Notes under the pieces: model-generated
Told to the model about the DNA's origin: nothing
What the model saw: only the letters and a program-made list of their open reading frames with translations
Database searches by the model: none
From: Nitrososphaerota archaeon
GTDB taxonomy: Archaea > Iainarchaeota > Iainarchaeia > Iainarchaeales > VGJJ01
Reading direction: 5' to 3'
Assembly (NCBI GenBank): GCA_020053155.1
Contig: JAGVNS010000158.1
Coordinates: 1-35,212, forward strand
DNA: 35,212 nucleotides
Translations under genes and position numbers: made by a program
Shown: piece by piece, positions 18,453 through 27,385 of the stretch
How positions within the stretch are numbered: position 1 is the stretch's first letter
Layout: the number at the start of each line of letters is the position of its first letter

Positions 18453-19228
18453 TGGGCTTCGTGGAATTCTTCCATGGGAAGCACTTTTCGTGGATTCACA
18501 AAGGCTTAGCTAAAAAGTTCCTCACCAACGCCGATTATTTGTGCGCCATGTCCAGCGCGGACCAAAAAATGGTCCAGAAAGAACTCCCCCACGCAAAAGT
18601 AGCATTTTTTATCGAACCCCCTTACTCCAATCCGGCCGCAGAGGCAAATGTTTTCTCCAAAAAAGAATCCAAAAAATGGTTAGGGGTATCCCCAACGGAC
18701 TCCATCATTCTTTTTTTTGGATTTATTCGCCCGTACAAGGGACTCATGTACCTGATTCGTGCCCTTCCCCGAATTTTGGAAAAGAAACCAAACACCAAAC
18801 TAGTCATTCAAGGGGTTTTCTGGAAAGACAGGCAAAAATATTTTGATGAGATTGAAAAACTGGGACTGAAAGAACACATTTTGATTCGAGAGGGATACGT
18901 GGCAGGAGATGACCGAGCGCGCGTATTCTATTCCGCGGACGTAGTGGTCATGCCCTATTTGAACATTTCTGAATCCGCCATTATTCCCTTGCCTTGGGGA
19001 TTTGGAATACCCATCATTTGTACATCCGTGGGAGGGAACGTGGATTGGATTGAGGATGGGGTGGATGGGTACTTAGTCCCCCCCCGGGATTCAACATCAT
19101 TGGCCGATGCAGTGCTAAAATTTTACTCCCAAAAAATGGAGAAAAAATTCAAAGCAGGAATGGGCAAAAAAATGAAGAAAATGAAGTGGGGTCCCACTCA
19201 TGAAAGAGTGGTTCTGGGGAACTTTTAG
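18449..19228 (+). CDS. Glycosyltransferase family 4, C-terminal portion of a split gene
   Basis: LFFGFIRPYKG, ADVVVMPY, VGG, GYLVPP. Begins in an ATGA overlap with the N-terminal portion, in a different frame. Confidence 0.82.
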   Translation: MMGFVEFFHGKHFSWIHKGLAKKFLTNADYLCAMSSADQKMVQKELPHAKVAFFIEPPYSNPAAEANVFSKKESKKWLGVSPTDSIILFFGFIRPYKGLMYLIRALPRILEKKPNTKLVIQGVFWKDRQKYFDEIEKLGLKEHILIREGYVAGDDRARVFYSADVVVMPYLNISESAIIPLPWGFGIPIICTSVGGNVDWIEDGVDGYLVPPRDSTSLADAVLKFYSQKMEKKFKAGMGKKMKKMKWGPTHERVVLGNF

Positions 19229-19250
19229 CATGAAAAAAGGAGAATCGGGC

Positions 19251-20351
19251 ATGAACAAAATTCCAGTGACACAGTACACGGAAGCGGGAAACGAAATGAA
19301 ATACTTGAAACAGGTCATCGACTCCAAATGGTTGGGCGGCGGTCCCTTCGTTGAGAAGTTTGAGAAAACTTTTACCCAATATTGCGACATGAAGTATGGA
19401 TGTGCGGTTTCAAATGGAACAAATGCGCTGTACCTCATTCTCAAAACCCTTGGAATTGGACCTGGGGATGAGGTCATTGTGCCGGATCAAACGTTTATTA
19501 CTCCTGCGAGTATGACGTTGCACGCGGGGGGGAAACCCGTGAGCGTGGACGTGCAGCCGGATACATTCAACATGGACCCCACTCAAGTCGAGAAAGCCAT
19601 CACGCGCAAAACAAAAGCCATTGTGGGGGTAGACATGCTGGGGCATCCCGCGGATTGGGACGAGTTGAATGAAATCGCCACCAAACATGGTATCATGCTC
19701 ATTGAGGATGCGGCGGAGGCCCATGGAGCATTGTACAAAAAAAGAAAAACGGGCTCGCTATCTCCCATTACGATGTTTTCGTTCTATGGAAACAAAACCA
19801 TTACCACGGGAGAGGGGGGGATGATTCTCTCAAACGACAACGAATTCATTGAAAAGTGCTTTTTGACGCGGGGTCATGGGATGCGACCAGAGAAACGGTA
19901 CTGGCATGACGTGATGGGGTACAATTACCGCATGACCGATTTGCAAGCCGCGGTGGGATTGGCCCAATTCGAAAAAATAGAGACGTTTCTTTCCGCCAAA
20001 CGAAACGTGGCACGCCAGTATGCGGAACGATTGTCTAAAATTCCGGGCATTGATATTCCGATGGTGCGCCCGTATGCTACGCACTCATACTGGATGTATC
20101 AAATCAACGTAAACAAACCCTTTCCCATTTCACGTGATGCACTCGCAACAGAATTGGGGAAACGAAACATTGACACGCGAAGGGCGTTCTATTCGGTTCA
20201 CGTACAGCCTCCGTATGCGCAGAAAGGGGCGTTCCCCAATAGCAACCGGTGTTCGGAGACCGGACTCATGCTCCCCATCGGAGCCAATTTGACAGGCGAA
20301 CAGGTGGAATACGTGTGTGATGGGATTGAAGACAGTGCTAGGCACCGCTGA
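19251..20351 (+). CDS. DegT/DnrJ/EryC1/StrS PLP-dependent sugar aminotransferase (perosamine-synthase-like)
   Basis: SNGTNAL, IGPGDEVIVP, IEDAAEAHG, SFYGNKTITTGEGG (PLP lysine), GYNYRM. ATG 19251 follows AGGAGA; ATG 19230 is an alternative. Confidence 0.94.
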   Translation: MNKIPVTQYTEAGNEMKYLKQVIDSKWLGGGPFVEKFEKTFTQYCDMKYGCAVSNGTNALYLILKTLGIGPGDEVIVPDQTFITPASMTLHAGGKPVSVDVQPDTFNMDPTQVEKAITRKTKAIVGVDMLGHPADWDELNEIATKHGIMLIEDAAEAHGALYKKRKTGSLSPITMFSFYGNKTITTGEGGMILSNDNEFIEKCFLTRGHGMRPEKRYWHDVMGYNYRMTDLQAAVGLAQFEKIETFLSAKRNVARQYAERLSKIPGIDIPMVRPYATHSYWMYQINVNKPFPISRDALATELGKRNIDTRRAFYSVHVQPPYAQKGAFPNSNRCSETGLMLPIGANLTGEQVEYVCDGIEDSARHR

Positions 20352-21132
20352 AGGATGCGTTGCGAATGACTTCAACGAGTTGATGCCAAACTGGATTTTT
20401 GTTTCCGAGTGTGGGGGGGTGGGTGCGCACGCGCCAAATGTTTTGAAAGAAATTAATCATCGTTGGAATAAGTTTCACGGAACTGTTTCCCCGCTCATAC
20501 CATATTACGGGCACCTCTGAAATTTTTAGTCCGTGAATTTGAGCAGAAAACATTAATTCGGTTTCAAAGAAAAACCACGAATCACGAACATCTCCCAAGA
20601 TGGGCAAAATGCGCGCGCGGTTAAATCCCTTGAACCCACATTGCGGGTCTGAAAAAGTAGCCCCCAAAAAAAAACGAAGAACAACCCCCGTATATACCTT
20701 TGAAACCAGCAAGCGAATAGGGTCCCGTACGATTTTAGATTGGGGATGATATCGTGAGCCACTCACCAAATCGCTACCTTTTTTTAGTTCATGAATGAGA
20801 GAAGAAACCCCCCCCACTTCCGTTGCGAGGTCCGCATCCATATAAACTACATAATCCGCATCATTTTCCCACAATCCATTGAGGATGGCACTCCCTTTCC
20901 CGGGCGTATTTACGTGCGTGATTCGAACATTTGTCCAGAGCGCGGCGATTTCTTTCAATTCATTCCACGAGGAGGGTGGTTTTCCATTGTACGCAAGGGT
21001 TACGCGCCAACGCACATCGCGAAGGGATTTTTTACATTCCCCCATGATTTGGGGGAGATTGGCACGAACATCCGAAACGTTTCCTGCATAGGTGGCAAGT
21101 AAAATATCCACGCTGGCCTGAGGGTGTACCAT
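20338..21132 (-). CDS. Glycosyltransferase family 2 (dolichyl-phosphate glucose synthase-like)
   Basis: GKGSAI, YMDADLAT, GSRY, DPQCGFKGF, WFFETE, EVPVIW. Confidence 0.88.
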   Translation of the reverse strand: MVHPQASVDILLATYAGNVSDVRANLPQIMGECKKSLRDVRWRVTLAYNGKPPSSWNELKEIAALWTNVRITHVNTPGKGSAILNGLWENDADYVVYMDADLATEVGGVSSLIHELKKGSDLVSGSRYHPQSKIVRDPIRLLVSKVYTGVVLRFFLGATFSDPQCGFKGFNRARILPILGDVRDSWFFFETELMFSAQIHGLKISEVPVIWYERGNSSVKLIPTMINFFQNIWRVRTHPPTLGNKNPVWHQLVEVIRNASFSGA

Positions 21133-21170
21133 AGGGTTTCTAAACCTCTGACCTATTAAAATAGGAGAGG

Positions 21171-22055
21171 ATGACCACCATTTTTCTGACGGGAGGGAGC
21201 GGGGAAATAGGGAGTGTGCTCATTCGTGAACTGGCTCCTTCGCACAAAATTAAAGCCCTTTTTTTGAATGCACCCGGAGCATTTACACATGCCCATGTCG
21301 AATGGGTTCAGGGAGATGTTACCCAACCATGGACGTATGAATCCCACTTGAAAGGAGTGAATAAAATTGTTCATCTCGCGGCCCAATTACGCGGGGGAAA
21401 AAACGAATCGTATGAAAAGGTCAACGTGAAAGGTACGCTTGAATTAGTGAAAATGGCACACGAAAAGGGCGCACGGCATGCCATTATCGCGAGTAGTGCG
21501 TCAATAACCCAAAAACCCCTTTCCCTGTATGCCCAATCAAAAAAGAAAATGGAAGAACGCCTGCGTCACGCACAAATGCCCGTGACCATCATCCGCCCCA
21601 CATTAGTGTACGGCCCCCACTCTCGCTACATTCAGTTGTTTCAAAAATGGGTGGAGGGACCGCTGCCCCTTTTTTTTCTCCCCAACAATGGAATGGCCGA
21701 CATTCGTCCGGTGCACGTGAATGATGTTTCGCATGCCATTCATGCGTTAGTCAAAAAACCCCCCAACGGAAACAAGACGTATGACATTTGTCCGCGGACC
21801 CCTTTTACCCTGCGTCAAATAATTGAAACGGTCATGGAAGCACGTGGGATAAAAAAGCCCCTGGTGGGGGTGGGGGAAGGAACGTATGCACCCATCCTCG
21901 CGCTTCTTCAGAAATGCAGGATTCCCATCCCTTCCCTTTTTTCCACTTGGGTTGCGGGGGGAAATGGGTATACCGTAAACCCCGAACCCTTTTGGGAGGC
22001 GTATGGCATTCCTTTTATTGACCCGCGAGAAGGGATTCAAAGGTGCGTGAAATGA
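21171..22055 (+). CDS. NAD-dependent epimerase/dehydratase (atypical SDR)
   Basis: TGGSGEIG, VHLAA, VNVKGT, YAQSK, IRPTLVYG, PVHVNDV. RBS GGAGAGG. Confidence 0.88.
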   Translation: MTTIFLTGGSGEIGSVLIRELAPSHKIKALFLNAPGAFTHAHVEWVQGDVTQPWTYESHLKGVNKIVHLAAQLRGGKNESYEKVNVKGTLELVKMAHEKGARHAIIASSASITQKPLSLYAQSKKKMEERLRHAQMPVTIIRPTLVYGPHSRYIQLFQKWVEGPLPLFFLPNNGMADIRPVHVNDVSHAIHALVKKPPNGNKTYDICPRTPFTLRQIIETVMEARGIKKPLVGVGEGTYAPILALLQKCRIPIPSLFSTWVAGGNGYTVNPEPFWEAYGIPFIDPREGIQRCVK

Positions 22056-23689
22056 CGTTCTCTCTTTTACTCGACATAGATGCGATTGCGTGGAAAAAAA
22101 TGGAATGGGGGACTTTTTTCATTGGGTTATGGGTCATTCTGGGGGTGTGGGCCGGAATGGCAGGAGTGCTTTCCCCCCTCATTCCCATTCTCGCGCTCAT
22201 ACTAACGTTTCTTTTTTTTAATGGTCATGAAAAAATAAAAAAAGAAAATACGGTTCCCACAAACGGACTTTTGTTTTTTTCAGCTCTTCTCATTATTGGT
22301 TTTTCATTTGTCTTGTTTGGGGTGCAGGGGGGATTTGATTTGAGCGCGGATACCGCTCCCGTGGTGGCGGCGCAGCTCATTTCATCCAAAATCCCCCTCA
22401 CGTATGCGCCCTATTCTTCCCTCCCATTTGTCTATCCTCCGGGTTTGCCAGTAGTGGCGGCCCAAGTAGGAATAGTTGGAATTCCCATTCACCAAATCGT
22501 TTGGGCGTTGGGTTTGGTTGGGTTTTTGCTTTTGATGTGGAGCGTAACGCGCTGGGTTTGGGCTGTGGGGCAAAAGGACATTCGTTTGGCGTGGGTGGTT
22601 CCTGCGCTTTTTCTCACATTGCGACTGCCCATGCAGAATATTTTGACGGGGGAGTATGCATTCGTTTTAGGCATGGGTCTGGGTGTGAGTGCGTGGAATA
22701 GTGGGAACGATTCCCCAAAGTCGACCCTTCACACCATTGTTTTGCTGGCCGCATCTTTTTTGGTTCACCCGTATGCAGGAATTGTTTCGTTTGTGGGTTT
22801 GTTTTTTTCTGAAATGGTTTTTCGCCCTTCTATTGATTGGAAAAAATGGGTAAAGTTGGGGGTGGGGGTGGGAGTATTTTTCATTCCATATTTGGTTCAG
22901 CTGGCTGCATTGAGAAATTTTCCCCCCGCTGAAATTCCTCTTGGGAGTCTGAATCTGGGTTCCCTGGTTCCAATGGTTTCTCTGGTGGGGTTGATTCCTT
23001 TTTTGGTTTGTTTTATTTTGCTTGTTTTGGGTTTTTTTCGCAGGCAAATGGGAAAAGGAACGCTCTCGCCCCAAGAAAAAGTGTTGGGGAGATTTGTACT
23101 TTTAGGAATAATTGGATTTTTACTCGGAAATGTCAAACCCGAATGGGTGATGGGGCCCAAATTTCTTTTGCTGACATGCATTGGGTTAGTAGGGTGGGGG
23201 TCGCTCCGTCTTTCTCCATTGTTGACGGGTAGAGTCGTTCAAGCCGGTGCGCTGGGGTTGGTACTTTTGGGCGTGCTCGTAGTAGGTACCTCCCCCACGA
23301 TGCAGGGATATGTCACGGGTTCTAAACTCACATTGGGGGAAGCGCACGCTGCCGAATGGATTCGAGAATATGTTCCCCTACATTCCCGCGTGTGGTTTTT
23401 GTCGGATGGGGAAGGGAAGATGGGGGAATATTCCAAAACCATTCCTTCCGACATGGTCCAATCGCACTATTTCAATTACACCCTGCTCCATGGAATTTTA
23501 ACCCCGGAGGTAGACCGAATCATTTCAACCGCTTCCACTTCCAATCGCATTCGTAAAAGTCAACAATACGTTCCCCTTTCCCTATTTGAGCCGGAATATG
23601 TACTAGTTGATACGCGGATTTTTCCCCCTCTAACTAAAACTCCCCTCGGGGAGAAGGATGGGTTTGTCATTTACGCCCTGCAAAAATAG
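22052..23689 (+). CDS. Multi-pass membrane protein, GT-C-like
   Basis: More than 12 hydrophobic segments, SAD, YPPG and HPY motifs, and a C-terminal soluble domain (EWIREYVP...EYVLVD...VIY). ATG 22052 is in an ATGA overlap. Confidence 0.68.
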   Translation: MTFSLLLDIDAIAWKKMEWGTFFIGLWVILGVWAGMAGVLSPLIPILALILTFLFFNGHEKIKKENTVPTNGLLFFSALLIIGFSFVLFGVQGGFDLSADTAPVVAAQLISSKIPLTYAPYSSLPFVYPPGLPVVAAQVGIVGIPIHQIVWALGLVGFLLLMWSVTRWVWAVGQKDIRLAWVVPALFLTLRLPMQNILTGEYAFVLGMGLGVSAWNSGNDSPKSTLHTIVLLAASFLVHPYAGIVSFVGLFFSEMVFRPSIDWKKWVKLGVGVGVFFIPYLVQLAALRNFPPAEIPLGSLNLGSLVPMVSLVGLIPFLVCFILLVLGFFRRQMGKGTLSPQEKVLGRFVLLGIIGFLLGNVKPEWVMGPKFLLLTCIGLVGWGSLRLSPLLTGRVVQAGALGLVLLGVLVVGTSPTMQGYVTGSKLTLGEAHAAEWIREYVPLHSRVWFLSDGEGKMGEYSKTIPSDMVQSHYFNYTLLHGILTPEVDRIISTASTSNRIRKSQQYVPLSLFEPEYVLVDTRIFPPLTKTPLGEKDGFVIYALQK

Positions 23690-23719
23690 TCTTTTGTGCC
23701 CATTTGAAGGTCGTTTTTG

Positions 23720-24682
23720 TCAAACGTGAGTGATAATGTGTTCCTTTGAGACAAGTGTAGAATCTATTCTAAGGATGATGGGGGCGAATCTGCTTTTTAT
23801 TTCGCCAATTAATGCGTAGTAGTCTTCCGCGGATGCCGATTCAATTTCAAGCTCGGCGTCCCAGCTTCCAATGGTTTTTATCCAATAAATGATGTTGGGG
23901 CTTGTTCGAATATATTCACGAAGTGTTAGGTATTGGTTATTTGTTAGATTACGAAAGGTAATAAAACATTTGAAGAAAAGAAAACCTAATTTTCGATAGT
24001 TGATGGCGAGTTTATACCCGACAATGATGCCTTTTTTTTCAAGGTCAGCTCGTCTATAACGGATGATTCTTTGGGTTATACCCGTTTTCTTTTCCAGCTC
24101 GACAGAACTTGTTCGTGCATTGGTGGCGATCGCATGTAATATTTTCCAATCTTCTTCGTCCAAACTTTCAGCCGCGCTTTTATCACAGTGTAAGAAAGAA
24201 ACTTTCTTTTCAGGGTACTCGGGGAGCAAATAATATCGTGGCTTTGTTTCTGCTTCCGTTAGGATTGCGATTTGCATGTTTTGAATGAATTTGTCAAATT
24301 TTTGACAGAATACGTCCTTAAAGTCTTCGAACTCAAATATAGTTGGAAAGCGAATGGAAAACATTAAGTCAAATACTCCTTCTGTGCTTGCGAGCCAGCC
24401 AATTTCTTGGGCTGACGATAAATAGTCAATTATTTCCTGTTTTGATTCGCTCGGGATAGTGTTGAATTGCAAGTAGACCTTGAAATGAATACGTCCTGTT
24501 TTGGCGAAATGGGAAAGGGTTACATACTGCAAAATAATATCTCGGGCCTCCAGCTGGCGTATCCTATACAATACGGCTTCTTTTGAAATCTTGAGTCTTT
24601 TGGCAATCTCGCTCAGGGGGGTCGTGGCATCTGTATCAAGTAGTAACAGAATTAATCGATCCCTCTTATCCAAAGACTCCAT
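23720..24682 (-). CDS. Lrp/AsnC-family transcriptional regulator, tandem (double HTH + RAM) form
   Basis: Two repeated units: LDKRDRLIL...LSEIAKRLKISKEAVLYRIRQLE...GVFDL and LDEEDWKIL...NARTS...RRADLEKKGII...GSWDAELEI. Confidence 0.9.
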   Translation of the reverse strand: MESLDKRDRLILLLLDTDATTPLSEIAKRLKISKEAVLYRIRQLEARDIILQYVTLSHFAKTGRIHFKVYLQFNTIPSESKQEIIDYLSSAQEIGWLASTEGVFDLMFSIRFPTIFEFEDFKDVFCQKFDKFIQNMQIAILTEAETKPRYYLLPEYPEKKVSFLHCDKSAAESLDEEDWKILHAIATNARTSSVELEKKTGITQRIIRYRRADLEKKGIIVGYKLAINYRKLGFLFFKCFITFRNLTNNQYLTLREYIRTSPNIIYWIKTIGSWDAELEIESASAEDYYALIGEIKSRFAPIILRIDSTLVSKEHIITHV

Positions 24683-24721
24683 TTAATTAATATAACAACA
24701 ATACTTTATAATAATTGTTAT

Positions 24722-24768
24722 TTTGTGAAAGAAATAGCTCATAAATATTATATTTGTGAAAGATATAG
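24722..24768 (+). promoter_or_regulatory. Direct-repeat operator candidate TTTGTGAAAGAWATAG x2
   Basis: TTTGTGAAAGAAATAG (24722-24737) and TTTGTGAAAGATATAG (24753-24768): 15/16 identical, 31-bp period, in the AT-rich spacer between the regulator and the radical SAM gene. Confidence 0.65.
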
Positions 24769-24777
24769 TATACATAA

Positions 24778-26121
24778 ATGAGTCCTATTCGTGTAAGGGA
24801 GACGTTGGAAGAACGATTGGTCTATTACAACGGGCTTATTCCCGCCACCTACCCTGGCATTTTTCCAAACGATTTTGTCCTGCAGCCACAGGACTGGATT
24901 CTTTCCTCGAACGTGGTTAATCGGCCCTTCGTTAAAGCTAAAATCAATGAGGAATGGAAAATGATTCGACCCATTGGGACGATGGACGTCGAACTTTTGT
25001 CCAATCACATCGTGGAGCGGGCAAAGGCTGGGAAAGTCGATCTGGTGAAGAACTACCCCTGCGGGCTAAAATGTCCGGGCTGTTTTTCGGAAGAGGCAAT
25101 TTATGGGGATGCAACGAACCTAATGAAATGGCAGGAGGTAATGGCCGTCCTTGACGAGGCACAAAAAATAGGATTAACCTCAGTAAAATTTTTAGGACCC
25201 GGAGAAATGTTTCAGAATCCTGACTTATTTGATATTCTCGATGCCTTTGAGGCGCGAAAACTTCCGATTTCCATATTCACCAAAGGTGCTGAACTCGGAG
25301 ACGATGCACTTGCCCAAAGAAGTTTCGGCCATTTAGGAATAATAACGGCAAAACAACTCGTGCAGAAAATAGCCAAGTATTCGATTGTTCGAATCCTCCT
25401 CGGATTTAACTCATTCTTTACCCAACGACAAGACAGTTACGTGGGTTCGCTGCCCGGGAATTCAACCTATTCTTTCAACGACGGAGTTTTCGAAAATAGG
25501 GGCATTTCCGGCTACACCCCTAAACGAAACAATGCCCTTGTCAATCTTGTCGAAGAGGGATTCAATGCTCCGGGAAAGGGACAGCGTCTCACACTCATTA
25601 TGGCCCCTCTCTACAGCATTCAAGTGGATGAAGTGGCCGAAATGTACGAATGGGCAGCCCGTCGAAACATGCCAGTGGTTATTACCCCGACTATGGAATC
25701 CGGCGAAAAATCTCTTCGACTCCGTGCCGTAAACAAAGCCACTGACCCGGAAAACAATTGGATAAAGGAGGCATTATTCAAAGTGTACTCCCGCGCCATT
25801 GAGATCGGGATTCTATCGATTGACCAAGTTGAGACAGAAGGGGTTTCCCCATATTTTGGGTCCAAAGGATGTAACCAAGTGGCAAATGGACTCATGATGC
25901 GACTCAACGGACAAATCAAAATATGCCCCGGCTCCTCACGACCTGAACACATCTATGGAAACATTCACAATAACTCCCTTGCTGAAATTTGGATAAAGAG
26001 CCCGAACTACGCCCTCGGTCCGATGATGAATAATTGGTGTCTAGCAAAACGAGAAGGACTGCCAAAGAAAATGCAGAAAGAAACGCTAGAACAACTCAAA
26101 GCACAATACGCTTCAAAATAA
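24778..26121 (+). CDS. Radical SAM protein with C-terminal SPASM/Twitch-like extension, function unknown
   Basis: CGLKCPGC (CxxxCxxC), GPGE, FTKG; C-terminal GCNQ...NGQIKICP...YGNIHNNSLAEIW...NWC. Confidence 0.88.
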   Translation: MSPIRVRETLEERLVYYNGLIPATYPGIFPNDFVLQPQDWILSSNVVNRPFVKAKINEEWKMIRPIGTMDVELLSNHIVERAKAGKVDLVKNYPCGLKCPGCFSEEAIYGDATNLMKWQEVMAVLDEAQKIGLTSVKFLGPGEMFQNPDLFDILDAFEARKLPISIFTKGAELGDDALAQRSFGHLGIITAKQLVQKIAKYSIVRILLGFNSFFTQRQDSYVGSLPGNSTYSFNDGVFENRGISGYTPKRNNALVNLVEEGFNAPGKGQRLTLIMAPLYSIQVDEVAEMYEWAARRNMPVVITPTMESGEKSLRLRAVNKATDPENNWIKEALFKVYSRAIEIGILSIDQVETEGVSPYFGSKGCNQVANGLMMRLNGQIKICPGSSRPEHIYGNIHNNSLAEIWIKSPNYALGPMMNNWCLAKREGLPKKMQKETLEQLKAQYASK

Positions 26122-26340
26122 TCCTTTAAGTGGACCAAGTTGATTTTTCCTATTTTCAAATACAGACTCCTGTTTGATTAAAAAAACTGGCCAACATATA
26201 GTGATGTAAATAGTTCTCTGTACCTTTGAAAATAACTCCCCAATTCTTCCTTCCTCTGCCTGAAGGGAGCTTTATCCAGTCTTCACCTCACATTTATTTG
26301 GTGACTTTCATTTCTTTAGGGTTTTAGGTATTAGATGAGA

Positions 26341-27342
26341 TTATTTTTGGATGACATCTTTTTTTGGGGTGCGCTTCATTAATTTCTCCATGCTCTCCCG
26401 AATGCGCGGGGGTTCCTGATTGAAAAGCAATCCCCCCATGACAAAACTGGGAATGTACCCCACCAAGAAGTACAATACCGAGAAAACAATAGCGGATTCA
26501 GGGGAAACACCGTACGCGGACAACACGATTACCGCTCCTACCTCACGCGTACCAACCCCTGCAACGCCAAAGGGAATAATTTCAATGAGAGAAACAATGG
26601 GAACCGCAATCAATGCCGCGCCCCACCCTACATTAATATGGGCGGCTTGCATGAGAAAGAAACCCATGGTCACGGTCATAAGCCAAGCGCCGATGCCTAA
26701 GAGGAATACCTGAACAACAACCCCCGCGTTTTTTGTAATCAGGGGAACGTTGTCATAGAACTCTTTTCCATGGAGAGAAATCATCTCGCGGAGCGAAGAA
26801 GGAACAAATCGATTGAATACCTTCCAAAGCTTCCCCCCCACACGTCGGTTGAACACCAAAAATATTCCCGCCACAAAGATAAAGCCGAGAAAGAGGAGGA
26901 GGGGAATGGAAACAACCTCCTGACCATTCGTTGAAAAAAGGAACCAGACCCCCAAAAAAGCAAACAAAAAAAGGATGGTTACGTCAATGATTCGGTCCAC
27001 TAATACGGCCAACACGCTGCGTGCCACACCCAATTTGTCATTAATGTACAGCACGCGCACAAAATCCCCAATGCGACCGGGGGTAATGACCCCAATGAAG
27101 AGACCGATAAGCAATGTTTTTGCGGAAGTAGAAAAGGAAATGACCCCCCCCACGGAACGAACGGCCCGTCCCCACTTGAGTATTTTTCCAAGCATGAGAA
27201 CCAACCACACGCCTAACGCCCACGCAATGAAAACAATGTCCACTCCCTGAAGGGTGCGTCCCATGGTTCCAATGTCCAAACGAGTAACGGCCAAATAGAC
27301 AATGAACAATGTTACAAGGATTGAAATCCACGAGAGACGCAT
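26341..27342 (-). CDS. Lysylphosphatidylglycerol-synthase-TM / UPF0104 flippase-like membrane protein
   Basis: KW, ITPGRIGDFVR, DRIID, IPFGVAGVGTRE motifs; about 8 TM segments. Confidence 0.9.
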   Translation of the reverse strand: MRLSWISILVTLFIVYLAVTRLDIGTMGRTLQGVDIVFIAWALGVWLVLMLGKILKWGRAVRSVGGVISFSTSAKTLLIGLFIGVITPGRIGDFVRVLYINDKLGVARSVLAVLVDRIIDVTILFLFAFLGVWFLFSTNGQEVVSIPLLLFLGFIFVAGIFLVFNRRVGGKLWKVFNRFVPSSLREMISLHGKEFYDNVPLITKNAGVVVQVFLLGIGAWLMTVTMGFFLMQAAHINVGWGAALIAVPIVSLIEIIPFGVAGVGTREVGAVIVLSAYGVSPESAIVFSVLYFLVGYIPSFVMGGLLFNQEPPRIRESMEKLMKRTPKKDVIQK

Positions 27343-27385
27343 GCATCATATCCAGAAAACAGGAAGTTAAAAATCCCCCACCAAA

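Noticed and set aside
18431..18467. Bulge-helix-bulge mRNA intron explaining the split GT4 (CCAC/GTGG helix with ATG and AAT bulges)
   Set aside because: The outer helix does not pair, and canonical cleavage would remove 30 nt, which does not restore the reading frame.
24778..26121. Viperin-like antiviral enzyme or RiPP maturase call for the orphan radical SAM
   Set aside because: It lacks the viperin CNYxCxFC context, and no precursor peptide or RRE partner is visible, so a specific function cannot be supported.
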